A stretch of DNA of 64,000 nt from Escherichia coli (lineage in GTDB: Bacteria > Pseudomonadota > Gammaproteobacteria > Enterobacterales > Enterobacteriaceae): the NCBI RefSeq assembly GCF_003334305.1, contig NZ_QOWS01000008.1. One strand, given 5' to 3'. Shown here piece by piece: positions 33,987-46,310 of the stretch. The number at the start of each line of letters is the position of its first letter. Position 1 is the first letter of the stretch. A program made the translations under genes and the position numbers. The notes under the pieces are model-generated. The model ran no database searches. It saw only the letters and a program-made list of their open reading frames with translations, and had not been told where the DNA came from.

Positions 33987-35189
33987 TCAGGACGACTTCG
34001 CTGCAATCAAATCCTGCGCACAAGCCCACGCACTCGACCACGCCCACTGGAAGTTATAGCCCCCCAGCCAGCCGGTAACGTCCATCACTTCGCCGATGAA
34101 GTACAGCCCAGGCACTTTGCGCGCTTCCATCGTCCGTGAAGAGAGTTCGTTGGTGTCCACGCCGCCGAGCGTCACTTCGGCAGTGCGATAGCCTTCAGTG
34201 CCGTTGGGTTGTACGCGCCAGTCGGTCAATGTGCTAATCAGTGCCTGTTGGTCACGCACGTTGAGCTGTTTTAGCGAAACATCCGGGATTTGCCCGAGTT
34301 GCTGTAAGCGTTCAACCAACCGCTTCGGTAGATGAACCGCCAGTGTGTTTTTCAGGCTCTGATTCGGATGTGCGTTACGCTGCTCATTCAGGAAGGTTTC
34401 GAGATCCACATCCGGTAGCAGATTGATACTGACAAATTCACCCGGTTGCCAGTAGCTGGAAATCTGCAACACCGCCGGTCCAGACAAGCCGCGATGGGTG
34501 AAGAGTAAGTTCTCACGGAAAACGATGCCGTTTTCAGCAGTAATCACGGAAGGCACCGCCACGCCCGCCAGCACCTGTAACTCTTCGAGCAACGGTTTAT
34601 GCAGAGTGAATGGCACCAGACCCGCGCGGGTCGGCAGCACGTTGAGGCCAAATTGTTCGGCAATCTTATAACCAAACGGCGACGCGCCCAGCCCCGGCAT
34701 TGACAGCCCACCGGTCGCGATGACCAGCTTTTCGCAACCGACAGTCATGCCGTTCAGTTCAAGCGTGAAGCCTGTTTCATCCTTCGCCACACTCAGCACT
34801 TCGCTACGCAATCTGAAGGTTACATTGCCCTTCTCGCACTCATCCACCAGCATGTCGACAATCTGCTGCGCGGAGTCATCGCAGAAGAGTTGTCCTAACG
34901 TTTTCTCGTGCCAGGCGATGCCGTGTTTATTGACCAGATCAATGAAATCCCACTGGGTAAAACGCGCGAGTGCAGACTTACAAAAATGCGGATTCTGGCT
35001 CAGATAAGCGCCTGGTTCGACATAAAGGTTGGTAAAGTTGCAGCGCCCACCGCCAGACATAAGGATTTTGCGCCCTGGTTTTTTACCATTATCGATCAGC
35101 AGAACCCGGCGTCCTGCCTGACCTGCCAGCGCAGAACAGAACATACCCGCCGCACCAGCGCCTATAATAATGGCATCAAACCTTTCCAC
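33987..35189 (-). CDS. yhiN: NAD(FAD)-utilising dehydrogenase YhiN (HI0933-like flavoprotein)
   Basis: 400 aa, N-terminal dinucleotide-binding motif IIGAGAAG. Confidence 0.9.
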   Translation of the reverse strand: MERFDAIIIGAGAAGMFCSALAGQAGRRVLLIDNGKKPGRKILMSGGGRCNFTNLYVEPGAYLSQNPHFCKSALARFTQWDFIDLVNKHGIAWHEKTLGQLFCDDSAQQIVDMLVDECEKGNVTFRLRSEVLSVAKDETGFTLELNGMTVGCEKLVIATGGLSMPGLGASPFGYKIAEQFGLNVLPTRAGLVPFTLHKPLLEELQVLAGVAVPSVITAENGIVFRENLLFTHRGLSGPAVLQISSYWQPGEFVSINLLPDVDLETFLNEQRNAHPNQSLKNTLAVHLPKRLVERLQQLGQIPDVSLKQLNVRDQQALISTLTDWRVQPNGTEGYRTAEVTLGGVDTNELSSRTMEARKVPGLYFIGEVMDVTGWLGGYNFQWAWSSAWACAQDLIAAKSS

Positions 35190-35420
35190 GTTGCGCTCCT
35201 CTTAGAAAAAACGGGCGTGAATTGTAAAGATTCCTCAGTGGTCGCACCAGCATCAATATTACTAAAAGGAAGTATTTGCCTGAATTATATAAGATAATTA
35301 TTTTTTGAGTGAAATCCATACAGGAGGCAAATCAAAAAAAGTCTATATTTCACTTTGCCCGCGCCGCGAAAGTCACTGATAATGCGCCGCGTTCATGTCC
35401 TCAAAATGGCGTAACGTCCT

Positions 35421-36920
35421 ATGCTACATTTGTTTGCTGGCCTGGATTTGCATACCGGGCTGTTATTATTGCTTGCACTGGCTTTTGTGCTGTTCTACGA
35501 AGCCATCAATGGTTTCCATGACACAGCCAACGCCGTGGCAACCGTTATCTATACCCGCGCGATGCGTTCTCAGCTCGCCGTGGTTATGGCGGCGGTGTTC
35601 AACTTTTTGGGTGTTTTGCTGGGTGGTCTGAGTGTTGCCTATGCCATTGTGCATATGCTGCCGACGGATCTGCTGCTTAATATGGGATCGTCTCATGGCC
35701 TTGCCATGGTGTTCTCTATGTTGCTGGCGGCGATTATCTGGAACCTGGGTACCTGGTACTTTGGTTTACCTGCATCCAGCTCTCATACGCTGATTGGCGC
35801 GATCATCGGGATTGGTTTAACCAATGCGTTGATGACCGGGACGTCAGTGGTGGATGCACTCAATATCCCGAAAGTATTAAGTATTTTCGGTTCTCTGATC
35901 GTTTCCCCTATTGTCGGCCTGGTGTTTGCTGGCGGTCTGATTTTCTTGCTGCGTCGCTACTGGAGCGGCACCAAGAAACGCGCCCGTATCCACCTGACCC
36001 CAGCGGAGCGTGAAAAGAAAGACGGCAAGAAAAAGCCGCCGTTCTGGACGCGTATCGCGCTGATCCTTTCCGCTATCGGCGTGGCGTTTTCGCACGGCGC
36101 GAACGATGGTCAGAAAGGCATTGGTCTGGTTATGTTGGTATTGATTGGCGTCGCGCCAGCAGGCTTCGTGGTGAACATGAATGCCACTGGCTACGAAATC
36201 ACCCGTACCCGTGATGCCATCAACAACGTCGAAGCTTACTTTGAGCAGCATCCTGCGCTGCTCAAACAGGCTACCGGTGCTGATCAGTTAGTACCGGCTC
36301 CGGAAGCTGGCGCAACGCAACCTGCGGAGTTCCACTGCCATCCGTCGAATACCATTAACGCGCTCAACCGCCTGAAAGGTATGTTGACCACCGATGTGGA
36401 AAGCTACGACAAGCTGTCGCTTGATCAACGTAGCCAGATGCGCCGCATTATGCTGTGCGTTTCTGACACTATCGACAAAGTGGTGAAGATGCCTGGCGTG
36501 AGTGCTGACGATCAGCGCCTGTTGAAGAAACTGAAGTCTGACATGCTTAGCACCATCGAGTATGCACCGGTGTGGATCATCATGGCGGTCGCGCTGGCGT
36601 TAGGTATCGGTACGATGATTGGCTGGCGCCGTGTGGCAACGACTATCGGTGAGAAAATCGGTAAGAAAGGCATGACCTACGCTCAGGGGATGTCTGCCCA
36701 GATGACGGCGGCAGTGTCTATCGGCCTGGCGAGTTATACCGGGATGCCGGTTTCCACTACTCACGTACTCTCCTCTTCTGTCGCGGGGACGATGGTGGTA
36801 GATGGTGGCGGCTTACAGCGTAAAACCGTGACCAGCATTCTGATGGCCTGGGTGTTTACCCTTCCGGCTGCGGTACTGCTTTCCGGCGGGCTGTACTGGC
36901 TCTCCTTGCAGTTCCTGTAA
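35421..36920 (+). CDS. pitA: Low-affinity inorganic phosphate transporter PitA
   Basis: 499 aa [48 protein letters not shown]... Confidence 0.95.
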
Positions 36921-36937
36921 TCGTACACACCAAAACG

Positions 36938-36966
36938 AGCGGGTCAGTTTACTGGCCCGCTTTTTT
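36938..36966 (+). terminator. Intrinsic terminator after pitA
   Basis: GC-rich stem gcgggtcag...ctggcccgc followed by a T7 run. Confidence 0.7.
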
Positions 36967-36990
36967 TATGCGTTATTATTGCTGAAGTGC

Positions 36991-37326
36991 TTAATGCCAA
37001 ATCATCAATGCAATCAGGCTGACCACCACCAGACCACACAATGCGCTGGTCAGAATAAACTGCCGACGCACCCGCTCACAGCGGCGAATAAATTCATCAT
37101 CGTGATGATCGCGATAACGTTGGGCATAGATATACCAAACGAGACGCACCTGTTTGTTGGGTTGGCCATGTGAGGTAAAAAAGCCCCCTCCATCAACATA
37201 TTGATAGAGCAATGGATCGCAGTTACGCAGTACCACTAACAACGCGCGTAGTGATGAGAAATAGCGCGCCATGTTAACAATGCAAACGACACATAAAGCC
37301 CAAAATAATGCGACGGTGCTTATCAT
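36991..37326 (-). CDS. uspB: Universal stress protein B
   Basis: 111-aa small membrane protein [30 protein letters not shown]... Confidence 0.92.
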
Positions 37327-37716
37327 ACCTCCTCCCCGGCGACCTGCCCGCGGAGTTCCACCCCGGGGCTACCGCTCCCGATACGCTGCCAATCAGTTAA
37401 CACCAGGTCCTGGAGAAACCGCTTTTGTGGTGACCAACATCCGAGCGGCTCTATAGATAGTGTAGGAGATCAGGTTGTTTTTTTTCCAGAAGGTTAACCA
37501 CTATCAATATATTCATGTCGAAAATTTGTTTATCTAACGGGTAAGCAAGGCGGATTGACGGATCATCCGGGTCGCTATAAGGTAAGGATGGTCTTAACAC
37601 TGAATCTTTACGGCTGGGTTAGCCCCGCGCACGTAGTTCGCAGGACGCGGGTGACGTAACGGCACAAGAAACGCTAGCTGGCCAGTCATCGACAACTTTA
37701 TGGAAGGAGTAACACT

Positions 37717-38151
37717 ATGGCTTATAAACACATTCTCATCGCAGTCGATCTCTCCCCGGAAAGCAAAGTTCTGGTAGAGAAAGCAGTCTCTATGGCTCGC
37801 CCCTACAATGCGAAAGTTTCTCTGATCCACGTAGATGTAAACTACTCTGACCTATACACCGGGCTTATTGATGTGAATCTGGGTGATATGCAGAAACGCA
37901 TCTCTGAAGAGACACATCATGCGCTGACCGAGCTTTCCACTAATGCAGGCTACCCAATCACTGAAACCCTGAGCGGCAGCGGCGACCTGGGCCAGGTTCT
38001 GGTCGATGCAATCAAGAAATACGATATGGATCTGGTGGTTTGTGGTCACCACCAGGACTTCTGGAGCAAACTGATGTCTTCCGCACGTCAGCTGATCAAC
38101 ACCGTTCACGTTGATATGCTGATTGTTCCGCTGCGCGACGAAGAAGAATAA
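37717..38151 (+). CDS. uspA: Universal stress protein A
   Basis: 144 aa [49 protein letters not shown]... Confidence 0.96.
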
Positions 38152-38175
38152 TCATCCCTCCACGACGTGTTCCTG

Positions 38176-38206
38176 AACGCCCGCATATGCGGGCGTTTTG
38201 CTTTTT
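38176..38206 (+). terminator. Intrinsic terminator after uspA
   Basis: aacgcccgc-atat-gcgggcgtt stem-loop followed by ttttgctttttgg. Confidence 0.8.
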
Positions 38207-38468
38207 GGCGCGCCTTGTTACCTGATGCAGCGTAAACCCCTTATCTGGCCTACGATCTGCGTACGCAATCAAAATCTCCTGCCAATACAACATTTAACAC
38301 CATCATATTTTCCATCATTAGTGTGATCAGCTGGTTATTTTCTGTTGTAATAGTGTATTAATCTATTCACCGCATCAATATTAAGAATCTCTGACAGATG
38401 TAAACTTTTTCGCGCGTTATCCCTTACGCGTTCATACTTTTCAGGATGGTATTGGAAGGTTAATAAAT

Positions 38469-39938
38469 ATGAATACAACAACACCCATGGGGATGCTGCA
38501 GCAACCTCGCCCATTTTTCATGATCTTTTTTGTCGAGTTATGGGAGCGATTCGGCTACTACGGCGTGCAGGGCGTACTGGCGGTTTTCTTCGTTAAACAG
38601 CTTGGATTCTCGCAAGAGCAGGCTTTTGTCACTTTTGGTGCTTTTGCTGCGCTGGTCTATGGCCTCATTTCCATTGGCGGCTATGTCGGCGACCACCTGC
38701 TGGGGACCAAACGCACCATTGTTCTCGGAGCACTTGTGCTGGCGATTGGCTACTTCATGACCGGCATGTCGCTACTTAAGCCTGACCTGATTTTCATCGC
38801 CCTGGGGACTATCGCTGTCGGTAACGGCCTGTTTAAAGCTAACCCAGCCAGCTTGCTTTCGAAGTGCTATCCGCCGAAAGATCCGCGGCTTGATGGCGCA
38901 TTCACCCTGTTCTATATGTCGATCAATATCGGCTCGTTGATAGCGTTATCGCTGGCCCCTGTGATCGCTGATAGATTCGGTTATTCAGTCACCTACAACC
39001 TGTGCGGGGCGGGGTTAATTATCGCATTACTGGTTTACATCGCCTGTCGTGGAATGGTGAAAGACATTGGTTCTGAACCCGACTTCAAGCCGATGAGCTT
39101 CAGCAAACTGTTGTACGTATTACTTGGCAGCGTGGTGATGATCTTCGTATGTGCATGGCTGATGCACAACGTAGAAGTCGCCAATCTGGTGCTGATTGTT
39201 CTCTCCATCGTCGTCACCATCATCTTCTTTCGTCAGGCATTCAAGCTGGATAAAACCGGGCGCAATAAAATGTTTGTCGCCTTTGTCCTGATGCTCGAAG
39301 CGGTGGTGTTTTACATTCTCTACGCCCAGATGCCAACATCGCTGAACTTCTTTGCCATCAACAACGTGCATCATGAAATTCTCGGTTTTTCCATCAACCC
39401 GGTCAGCTTCCAGGCGCTTAACCCGTTCTGGGTGGTACTCGCCAGCCCAATACTGGCAGGCATTTACACGCATCTGGGTAACAAAGGCAAAGACCTCTCC
39501 ATGCCGATGAAATTTACTCTCGGTATGTTTATGTGCTCGCTGGGCTTTTTGACGGCGGCAGCTGCGGGAATGTGGTTTGCGGATGCCCAGGGGCTGACAT
39601 CGCCATGGTTTATCGTGCTGGTGTACTTATTCCAGAGCTTAGGTGAACTGTTTATTAGCGCCCTTGGCCTGGCGATGATTGCTGCCCTGGTGCCGCAGCA
39701 TTTGATGGGCTTTATTCTCGGGATGTGGTTCCTGACGCAGGCTGCCGCGTTCTTGCTGGGCGGCTATGTGGCAACATTTACCGCGGTGCCGGACAACATT
39801 ACCGATCCGCTTGAGACGTTGCCCGTCTATACCAACGTGTTTGGTAAGATTGGTCTGGTCACACTGGGCGTTGCAGTAGTGATGCTGTTGATGGTGCCGT
39901 GGCTGAAACGCATGATTGCGACGCCGGAAAGCCATTAA
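38469..39938 (+). CDS. dtpB: Di/tripeptide:proton symporter DtpB (YhiP), POT family
   Basis: 489 aa [41 protein letters not shown]... (POT-family signature). Confidence 0.93.
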   Translation: MNTTTPMGMLQQPRPFFMIFFVELWERFGYYGVQGVLAVFFVKQLGFSQEQAFVTFGAFAALVYGLISIGGYVGDHLLGTKRTIVLGALVLAIGYFMTGMSLLKPDLIFIALGTIAVGNGLFKANPASLLSKCYPPKDPRLDGAFTLFYMSINIGSLIALSLAPVIADRFGYSVTYNLCGAGLIIALLVYIACRGMVKDIGSEPDFKPMSFSKLLYVLLGSVVMIFVCAWLMHNVEVANLVLIVLSIVVTIIFFRQAFKLDKTGRNKMFVAFVLMLEAVVFYILYAQMPTSLNFFAINNVHHEILGFSINPVSFQALNPFWVVLASPILAGIYTHLGNKGKDLSMPMKFTLGMFMCSLGFLTAAAAGMWFADAQGLTSPWFIVLVYLFQSLGELFISALGLAMIAALVPQHLMGFILGMWFLTQAAAFLLGGYVATFTAVPDNITDPLETLPVYTNVFGKIGLVTLGVAVVMLLMVPWLKRMIATPESH

Positions 39939-39986
39939 TTATTCTTGCAGAAAGCAGGGTAGCGTTATCGCTACCCTGGTTTACTT

Positions 39987-40739
39987 TTACACTGGCGTAC
40001 CTGCATAAATATCAAACCTATGCCCTTTAGTGACTACCGCGTTTGGCGTGGCGACATTCGCCAGCGGTGGCGCGTAGTCCGGGCGCTTTACCACCACGCG
40101 TTTGGTCGCCAGCAAGCGTGCAGGCTCCAGTAATCCATCGGCATCAAGATCCGGTCCCACCAGCGACTGAAAGACACGCATCTCTTTTTTCACTAGCGCG
40201 CTTTTCTGCTTATGCGGGAACATCGGGTCGAGATAAACCACCTGCGGGCGCGGGGTAATATCAGTCAGCGCCGTCAGGCTGGAGGCGTGAATTAACTGCA
40301 ACCGCTCCTGCAACCAGCCGCCGATTTCCGCATCCGCATAACCACGCGCCAGGCCGTCGTCGAGCAATGCGGCAACGACTGGATTACGCTCCAGCATCCG
40401 CACGCGGCAGCCGACTGAAGCCAGCACAAAGGCATCGCGCCCCAGCCCTGCGGTGGCATCCACCACATCCGGCAAATAATCGCCTTTAATGCCCACCGCT
40501 TTCGCCACCGCCTCACCGCGACCACCGCCGAATTTGCGTCGGTGCGCCATCGCTCCGCCAACAAAATCAACAAAGATGCCGCCAAGTTTTGGCTCATCAC
40601 GCTTGCGCAATTCCAGATGTTCCGGCGTTAACACCAGCGCCATCAGGTTGTCTTCATCGTGCTCCAGCCCCCAGCGGACCGCCAGAACAGATAAGGCACC
40701 GTCTCCGGTGCCTGTTTCATCAATTAAGCAGATTTTCAC
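39987..40739 (-). CDS. rsmJ: 16S rRNA m2G1516 methyltransferase RsmJ (YhiQ)
   Basis: Start chosen at GTG ([17 protein letters not shown]...) inside the 285-aa ORF, giving 250 aa; lies immediately downstream of prlC. Confidence 0.82.
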   Translation of the reverse strand: MKICLIDETGTGDGALSVLAVRWGLEHDEDNLMALVLTPEHLELRKRDEPKLGGIFVDFVGGAMAHRRKFGGGRGEAVAKAVGIKGDYLPDVVDATAGLGRDAFVLASVGCRVRMLERNPVVAALLDDGLARGYADAEIGGWLQERLQLIHASSLTALTDITPRPQVVYLDPMFPHKQKSALVKKEMRVFQSLVGPDLDADGLLEPARLLATKRVVVKRPDYAPPLANVATPNAVVTKGHRFDIYAGTPV

Positions 40740-40746
40740 TGAATGA

Positions 40747-42789
40747 TCAGCCCTTAATGCCGTAATGCTCCAGCATCGCATCCAGCTGCGGTTCACGACC
40801 ACGGAAGCGTTTGAACAGATCCATCGGCTCTTCTGAACCGCCACGGCTCAGAATGTTGTCGAGGAACGACTGCCCGGTTTCACGGTTGAAAATGCCCTCT
40901 TCCTCAAAGCGCGAGAAAGCATCTGCCGCCAGTACGTCAGCCCACAGGTAGCTGTAGTAACCTGCGGCATAACCACCGGCGAAAATATGGCTGAAAGCGT
41001 GCGGGAAACGGCCCCAGGATGGAGACGGTACTACGGCAACCAGTTTCTTGATTTCTGCCAGAGTTTCGAGGATTTTCGCTCCCTGATCCGGGCGGAACTC
41101 GGCATGGAGGCGGAAATCGAACAGGCCGAACTCCAGCTGGCGCAGAATAAACAGCGCCGCCTGGTAGTTCTTCGCCGCCAGCATTTTATCCAGCAACTCT
41201 TTCGGCAGCGGTTCGCCGGTTTCGTAGTGACCGGAGATAAACGCCAGCGCCTCCGGCTCCCAGCACCAGTTTTCCATAAACTGACTCGGCAGTTCGACCG
41301 CATCCCACGGCACACCGCTGATACCGGAAACACCAGCGGTTTCGATGCGGGTCAGCATATGGTGCAGGCCGTGACCGAACTCGTGGAACAGGGTGATCAC
41401 TTCGTCGTGAGTGAACAGCGCCGGTTTACCATTTACCGGGCGGTTGAAGTTACAAGTCAAATACGCGACCGGTTTTTGCAGAGAACCATCAGCTTTACGC
41501 ATCTGGCCTACGCAGTCATCCATCCACGCCCCGCCGCGCTTGTTTTCACGGGCATACAGATCGAGGTAGAAGCTGCCGCGCAGTTCGTTATTTTCGTCAT
41601 ACAGTTCGAAGAAACGTACATCCGGATGCCAGACATCAACATCTTTACGCTCTTTAGCGGTGATGCCGTAAATACGTTTCACCACTTCAAACAGGCCGTT
41701 AACCGCTTTGTTTTCTGGGAAGTACGGACGCAGCTGCTCGTCGCTGATGCTGTAGAGGTGCTGTTTTTGTTTTTCGCTGTAGTACGCGATATCCCACGGC
41801 TGCAACTCATCGACGCCAAATTCCGCTTTGGCGAAGGCGCGCAGTTGTGCCAGCTCTTTTTCGCCTTGCGGACGCGCGCGTTTTGCCAGATCGGTTAAGA
41901 AATCCAGCACCTGCTGCGGGTTTTCTGCCATTTTAGTGGCAAGGGATTTAAAGGCGTAGTTTTCAAAGCCCAGCAGTTGCGCCAGTTCGTGACGCAGAGC
42001 GAGGATCTCTTCCATCACCTTGCTGTTATCCCATTTACCGGCGTTCGGGCCTTGATCGGAGGCGCGGGTGCTGTAAGCGCGATACATCTCTTCACGCAAG
42101 GCCTGGTTGTCGCAGTAGGTCATTACCGGCAGGTAGCTTGGGATATCCAGCGTCAGCAGGTAGCCTTCCAGCTCTTTCGCTTCGGCCTGGGCTTTTGCCG
42201 CAGCCAGCGCGCTTTCAGGCATCCCCGCCAGCTCCGCTTCGTCGGTAACGAGTTTGGTCCAGCCCATCGTCGCATCGAGGACGTTGTTGCTGTACTGGTT
42301 GCCCAGCTCGGAAAGACGAGTGGCAATCTCACCGTAGCGTTGTTGTTTCTCTATTGGCAGACCGATGCCAGAGAGTTCGAAGTCGCGCAGTGCGTTATCA
42401 ACCGCTTTTTTCTGAGCCGTGTTCAGCGTGGCGTAATGATCGCCATCGCGCAGGTCGCGATACGCTTTATACAGCCCTTCATGTTGCCCTACCCAGGTGC
42501 TGTATTCCGACAGCAGCGGCAGGGTTTGTTCGTACGCTTCACGCAGTTCCGGGCTATTTTTCACCGAGTTCAGGTGGCTGACCGGGGAGAAGATACGCCC
42601 CAGCACATCGTCCACTTCCGCCAACGGCTGGCAGAGATTTTCCCAGGTGTACGGTGCTCCTTGCGCTACTACGCGCTCCACATTTTCGCGGCAGTCGTTC
42701 AGCGCCTTAGTCACGGCTGGAACGACATGTTCCGGGAGAATTTTAGAAAACGGAGGCAATTCAAAGGGAGTCAGTAACGGATTCGTCAT
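40747..42789 (-). CDS. prlC: Oligopeptidase A
   Basis: Start at [17 protein letters not shown]... (680 aa); zinc metallopeptidase motif HEFGHGLHH. Confidence 0.95.
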   Translation of the reverse strand: MTNPLLTPFELPPFSKILPEHVVPAVTKALNDCRENVERVVAQGAPYTWENLCQPLAEVDDVLGRIFSPVSHLNSVKNSPELREAYEQTLPLLSEYSTWVGQHEGLYKAYRDLRDGDHYATLNTAQKKAVDNALRDFELSGIGLPIEKQQRYGEIATRLSELGNQYSNNVLDATMGWTKLVTDEAELAGMPESALAAAKAQAEAKELEGYLLTLDIPSYLPVMTYCDNQALREEMYRAYSTRASDQGPNAGKWDNSKVMEEILALRHELAQLLGFENYAFKSLATKMAENPQQVLDFLTDLAKRARPQGEKELAQLRAFAKAEFGVDELQPWDIAYYSEKQKQHLYSISDEQLRPYFPENKAVNGLFEVVKRIYGITAKERKDVDVWHPDVRFFELYDENNELRGSFYLDLYARENKRGGAWMDDCVGQMRKADGSLQKPVAYLTCNFNRPVNGKPALFTHDEVITLFHEFGHGLHHMLTRIETAGVSGISGVPWDAVELPSQFMENWCWEPEALAFISGHYETGEPLPKELLDKMLAAKNYQAALFILRQLEFGLFDFRLHAEFRPDQGAKILETLAEIKKLVAVVPSPSWGRFPHAFSHIFAGGYAAGYYSYLWADVLAADAFSRFEEEGIFNRETGQSFLDNILSRGGSEEPMDLFKRFRGREPQLDAMLEHYGIKG

Positions 42790-42991
42790 TCGCGCAGTCC
42801 TGGTTAAAGAGGTTAAGGAAGCGCTCAACAGGCGCTTTACATAATGTGTGTAGCATGGGGTTAAGTGTAGTGAATTTCAATGAGAAACGTTACGCTTTCG
42901 CGGCGGCGGCCTCTTTTCGGTATACTGTCCTGATACGCTTTTGTGCGCCCCGAATACGGGCCGATTTTTACTTACCGGAACACCTTTACCC

Positions 42992-43834
42992 ATGCTCAGT
43001 TATCGCCACAGCTTTCACGCTGGCAACCACGCCGACGTCCTTAAACATACCGTTCAGAGCCTGATCATCGAGTCGCTGAAAGAGAAAGATAAACCGTTTC
43101 TCTATCTCGACACCCACGCAGGGGCCGGGCGTTATCAGTTAGGCAGCGAACATGCCGAGCGTACCGGCGAATATCTCGAAGGCATCGCCCGTATCTGGCA
43201 GCAGGACGATTTGCCCGCAGAACTGGAGGCGTACATCAATGTGGTAAAACACTTCAACCGTAGCGGTCAGTTGCGTTACTACCCCGGTTCGCCATTGATT
43301 GCTCGCCAGCTACTGCGCGAACAAGACAGCCTGCAACTGACCGAACTGCACCCGAGCGATTACCCGTTGCTGCGTTCTGAATTTCAGAAAGACAGCCGTG
43401 CGCGCGTGGAAAAAGCCGATGGTTTCCAGCAGCTTAAGGCCAAACTGCCGCCGGTTTCCCGCCGTGGTTTAATCCTTATCGACCCGCCGTATGAAATGAA
43501 AACCGACTATCAGGCGGTGGTCAGCGGGATAGCAGAAGGTTACAAACGTTTCGCCACTGGTACTTACGCACTGTGGTATCCGGTGGTGCTGCGTCAGCAA
43601 ATTAAGCGCATGATCCACGATCTGGAAGCGACCGGTATTCGCAAAATTCTGCAAATTGAACTGGCGGTACTGCCAGACAGCGATCGCCGTGGCATGACCG
43701 CTTCCGGCATGATTGTGATTAACCCGCCGTGGAAACTGGAACAGCAGATGAATAACGTGCTGCCGTGGCTGCACAGCAAACTGGTTCCGGCAGGCACCGG
43801 GCACGCCACCGTAAGCTGGATCGTGCCGGAGTAA
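42992..43834 (+). CDS. rlmJ: 23S rRNA m6A2030 methyltransferase RlmJ (YhiR)
   Basis: Start at MLSYRHSFHAGNHADVLKH... (280 aa) inside the 297-aa ORF. Confidence 0.9.
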   Translation: MLSYRHSFHAGNHADVLKHTVQSLIIESLKEKDKPFLYLDTHAGAGRYQLGSEHAERTGEYLEGIARIWQQDDLPAELEAYINVVKHFNRSGQLRYYPGSPLIARQLLREQDSLQLTELHPSDYPLLRSEFQKDSRARVEKADGFQQLKAKLPPVSRRGLILIDPPYEMKTDYQAVVSGIAEGYKRFATGTYALWYPVVLRQQIKRMIHDLEATGIRKILQIELAVLPDSDRRGMTASGMIVINPPWKLEQQMNNVLPWLHSKLVPAGTGHATVSWIVPE

Positions 43835-43905
43835 TTGCAGCCATTGCTGGCACCTATTACGTCTCGCGCTACAATCGCGGTAATCAACGATAAGGACACT
43901 TTGTC

Positions 43906-45258
43906 ATGACTAAACACTATGATTACATCGCCATCGGCGGCGGCAGCGGCGGTATCGCCTCCATCAACCGCGCGGCTATGTACGGCCAGAAATGTGCGCT
44001 GATTGAAGCCAAAGAGCTGGGCGGCACCTGCGTAAATGTTGGCTGTGTGCCGAAAAAAGTGATGTGGCACGCGGCGCAAATCCGTGAAGCGATCCATATG
44101 TACGGCCCGGATTATGGTTTTGATACCACTATCAATAAATTCAACTGGGAAACGTTGATCGCCAGCCGTACCGCCTATATCGACCGTATTCATACTTCCT
44201 ATGAAAACGTGCTCGGTAAAAATAACGTTGATGTAATCAAAGGCTTTGCCCGCTTCGTTGATGCCAAAACGCTGGAGGTAAACGGCGAAACCATCACGGC
44301 CGATCATATTCTGATCGCCACAGGCGGTCGTCCGAGCCACCCGGATATTCCGGGCGTGGAATACGGTATTGATTCTGATGGCTTCTTCGCCCTTCCTGCT
44401 TTGCCAGAGCGCGTGGCGGTTGTTGGCGCGGGTTACATCGCCGTTGAGCTGGCGGGCGTGATTAACGGCCTCGGCGCGAAAACGCATCTGTTTGTGCGTA
44501 AACATGCGCCGCTGCGCAGCTTCGACCCGATGATTTCCGAAACGCTGGTCGAAGTGATGAACGCCGAAGGCCCGCAGCTGCACACCAACGCCATCCCGAA
44601 AGCGGTAGTGAAAAATGCCGATGGTAGCCTGACGCTGGAGCTGGAAGATGGTCGCAGTGAAACGGTGGATTGCCTGATTTGGGCGATTGGTCGCGAGCCT
44701 GCCAATGACAACATCAACCTGGAAGCCGCTGGCGTTAAAACTAACGAAAAAGGCTATATCGTCGTCGATAAATATCAAAACACCAATATTGAAGGTATTT
44801 ACGCGGTGGGCGATAACACGGGTGCAGTGGAGCTGACACCGGTGGCAGTTGCAGCGGGTCGCCGTCTCTCTGAACGCCTGTTTAATAACAAGCCGGATGA
44901 GCATCTGGATTACAGCAACATTCCGACCGTGGTCTTCAGCCATCCGCCGATTGGTACTGTTGGTTTAACGGAACCGCAGGCGCGCGAGCAGTATGGCGAC
45001 GATCAGGTGAAAGTGTATAAATCCTCTTTCACCGCGATGTATACCGCCGTCACCACTCACCGCCAGCCGTGCCGCATGAAGCTGGTGTGCGTTGGATCGG
45101 AAGAGAAGATTGTCGGTATTCACGGCATTGGCTTTGGTATGGACGAAATGTTGCAGGGCTTCGCGGTGGCGCTGAAGATTGGTGCAACCAAAAAAGACTT
45201 CGACAATACCGTCGCCATTCACCCAACGGCGGCAGAAGAGTTCGTGACAATGCGTTAA
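43906..45258 (+). CDS. gor: Glutathione reductase
   Basis: 450 aa; FAD-binding GGGSGG, redox-active disulfide [13 protein letters not shown]. Confidence 0.96.
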   Translation: MTKHYDYIAIGGGSGGIASINRAAMYGQKCALIEAKELGGTCVNVGCVPKKVMWHAAQIREAIHMYGPDYGFDTTINKFNWETLIASRTAYIDRIHTSYENVLGKNNVDVIKGFARFVDAKTLEVNGETITADHILIATGGRPSHPDIPGVEYGIDSDGFFALPALPERVAVVGAGYIAVELAGVINGLGAKTHLFVRKHAPLRSFDPMISETLVEVMNAEGPQLHTNAIPKAVVKNADGSLTLELEDGRSETVDCLIWAIGREPANDNINLEAAGVKTNEKGYIVVDKYQNTNIEGIYAVGDNTGAVELTPVAVAAGRRLSERLFNNKPDEHLDYSNIPTVVFSHPPIGTVGLTEPQAREQYGDDQVKVYKSSFTAMYTAVTTHRQPCRMKLVCVGSEEKIVGIHGIGFGMDEMLQGFAVALKIGATKKDFDNTVAIHPTAAEEFVTMR

Positions 45259-45311
45259 ATGTTAAAGGGCTAAGGGTAGTGTGCTCTTAGCCCTTAATTA
45301 CGTTTCCGCTA

Positions 45312-45395
45312 TCAGTTCAGAAGCTGAAGCAGAAAGCGGATCAGTTCCAGCAGCGCAATTAACGCCCCAAGAACGATGATTGCTTTATCAATCAC
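45312..45395 (-). CDS. dinQ: Type I toxin peptide DinQ (27 aa, GTG start)
   Basis: Reverse complement reads GTG ATT GAT AAA GCA ATC ATC GTT CTT GGG GCG TTA ATT GCG CTG CTG GAA CTG ATC CGC TTT CTG CTT CAG CTT CTG AAC TGA = (M)IDKAIIVLGALIALLELIRFLLQLLN; lies between gor and arsR as expected for dinQ. Confidence 0.75.
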   Translation of the reverse strand: MIDKAIIVLGALIALLELIRFLLQLLN

Positions 45396-45469
45396 CCGTT
45401 TTCTCCATGCGATGGAGTGAGAATGCATCCGCTTACTCATCCACTGCCTGTCACGGCGCATGCCCTATT

Positions 45470-45701
45470 GTTAGATAATGGCATTCTCACTCCGGCCAGA
45501 GCATCAGTTAACGGCACCACCCGTACTTCTGACCAGGACTTTGAAAGCGTTTATGCGCATTACCAGAGTGAAAATGCCTCAGAGCTAACTGGATAATCAT
45601 ACAGTACATTCAGGTTATAAAACCAGCATGTCCTTGCAATAGTTTCAGTATGGTATTAGCATTGATGCGTTAGATAATGGCATTCTCACTCCAGCCAGAG
45701 C
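45470..45701 (+). ncRNA. agrB: agrA/agrB antisense sRNA region of the dinQ type I toxin-antitoxin locus (boundaries approximate)
   Basis: Two ~33-nt direct repeats gttagataatggcattctcactcc(g/a)gccagagc at 45470..45503 and 45669..45701, complementary to ggagtgagaatgc in the dinQ leader (45415..45427); exact transcript ends cannot be set from sequence alone. Confidence 0.5.
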
Positions 45702-45723
45702 CACCAACTCAGGGCTGGAAAGT

Positions 45724-45751
45724 AAAAAACCGACGCAAAGTCGGTTTTTTT
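45724..45751 (+). terminator. Intrinsic terminator, bidirectional form
   Basis: aaaaaaccgac-gcaaa-gtcggttttttt: stem flanked by an A-run and a T-run. Confidence 0.7.
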
Positions 45752-45903
45752 ACGTCCTGATTCAGACCTCCTTTCAAATGAATAGCCAACTCAAAATTCA
45801 CACCTATTACCTTCCTCTGCACTTACACATTCGTTAAGTCATATATGTTTTTGACTTATCCGCTTCGAAGAGAGACACTACCTGCAACAATCAGGAGCGC
45901 AAT

Positions 45904-46257
45904 ATGTCATTTCTTTTACCCATCCAATTGTTCAAAATTCTTGCTGATGAAACCCGTCTGGGCATCGTTTTACTGCTCAGCGAACTGGGAGAGTTATGCG
46001 TCTGCGATCTCTGCACTGCTCTCGACCAGTCGCAGCCCAAGATCTCCCGCCACCTGGCATTGCTGCGTGAAAGCGGGCTATTGCTGGACCGCAAGCAAGG
46101 TAAGTGGGTTCATTACCGCTTATCACCGCATATTCCAGCATGGGCGGCGAAAATTATTGATGAGGCCTGGCGATGTGAACAGGAAAAGGTTCAGGCGATT
46201 GTCCGCAACCTGGCTCGACAAAACTGTTCCGGGGACAGTAAGAACATTTGCAGTTAA
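45904..46257 (+). CDS. arsR: Arsenical resistance operon repressor ArsR
   Basis: 117 aa; metal-binding/HTH motif ELCVCDLC, MSFLLPIQLFKILADETRLGIVLLL... Confidence 0.95.
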   Translation: MSFLLPIQLFKILADETRLGIVLLLSELGELCVCDLCTALDQSQPKISRHLALLRESGLLLDRKQGKWVHYRLSPHIPAWAAKIIDEAWRCEQEKVQAIVRNLARQNCSGDSKNICS

Positions 46258-46310
46258 AAATTTAGCTAAACACATATGAATTTTCAGATGTGTTTTATCC
46301 GGGAGGCATT

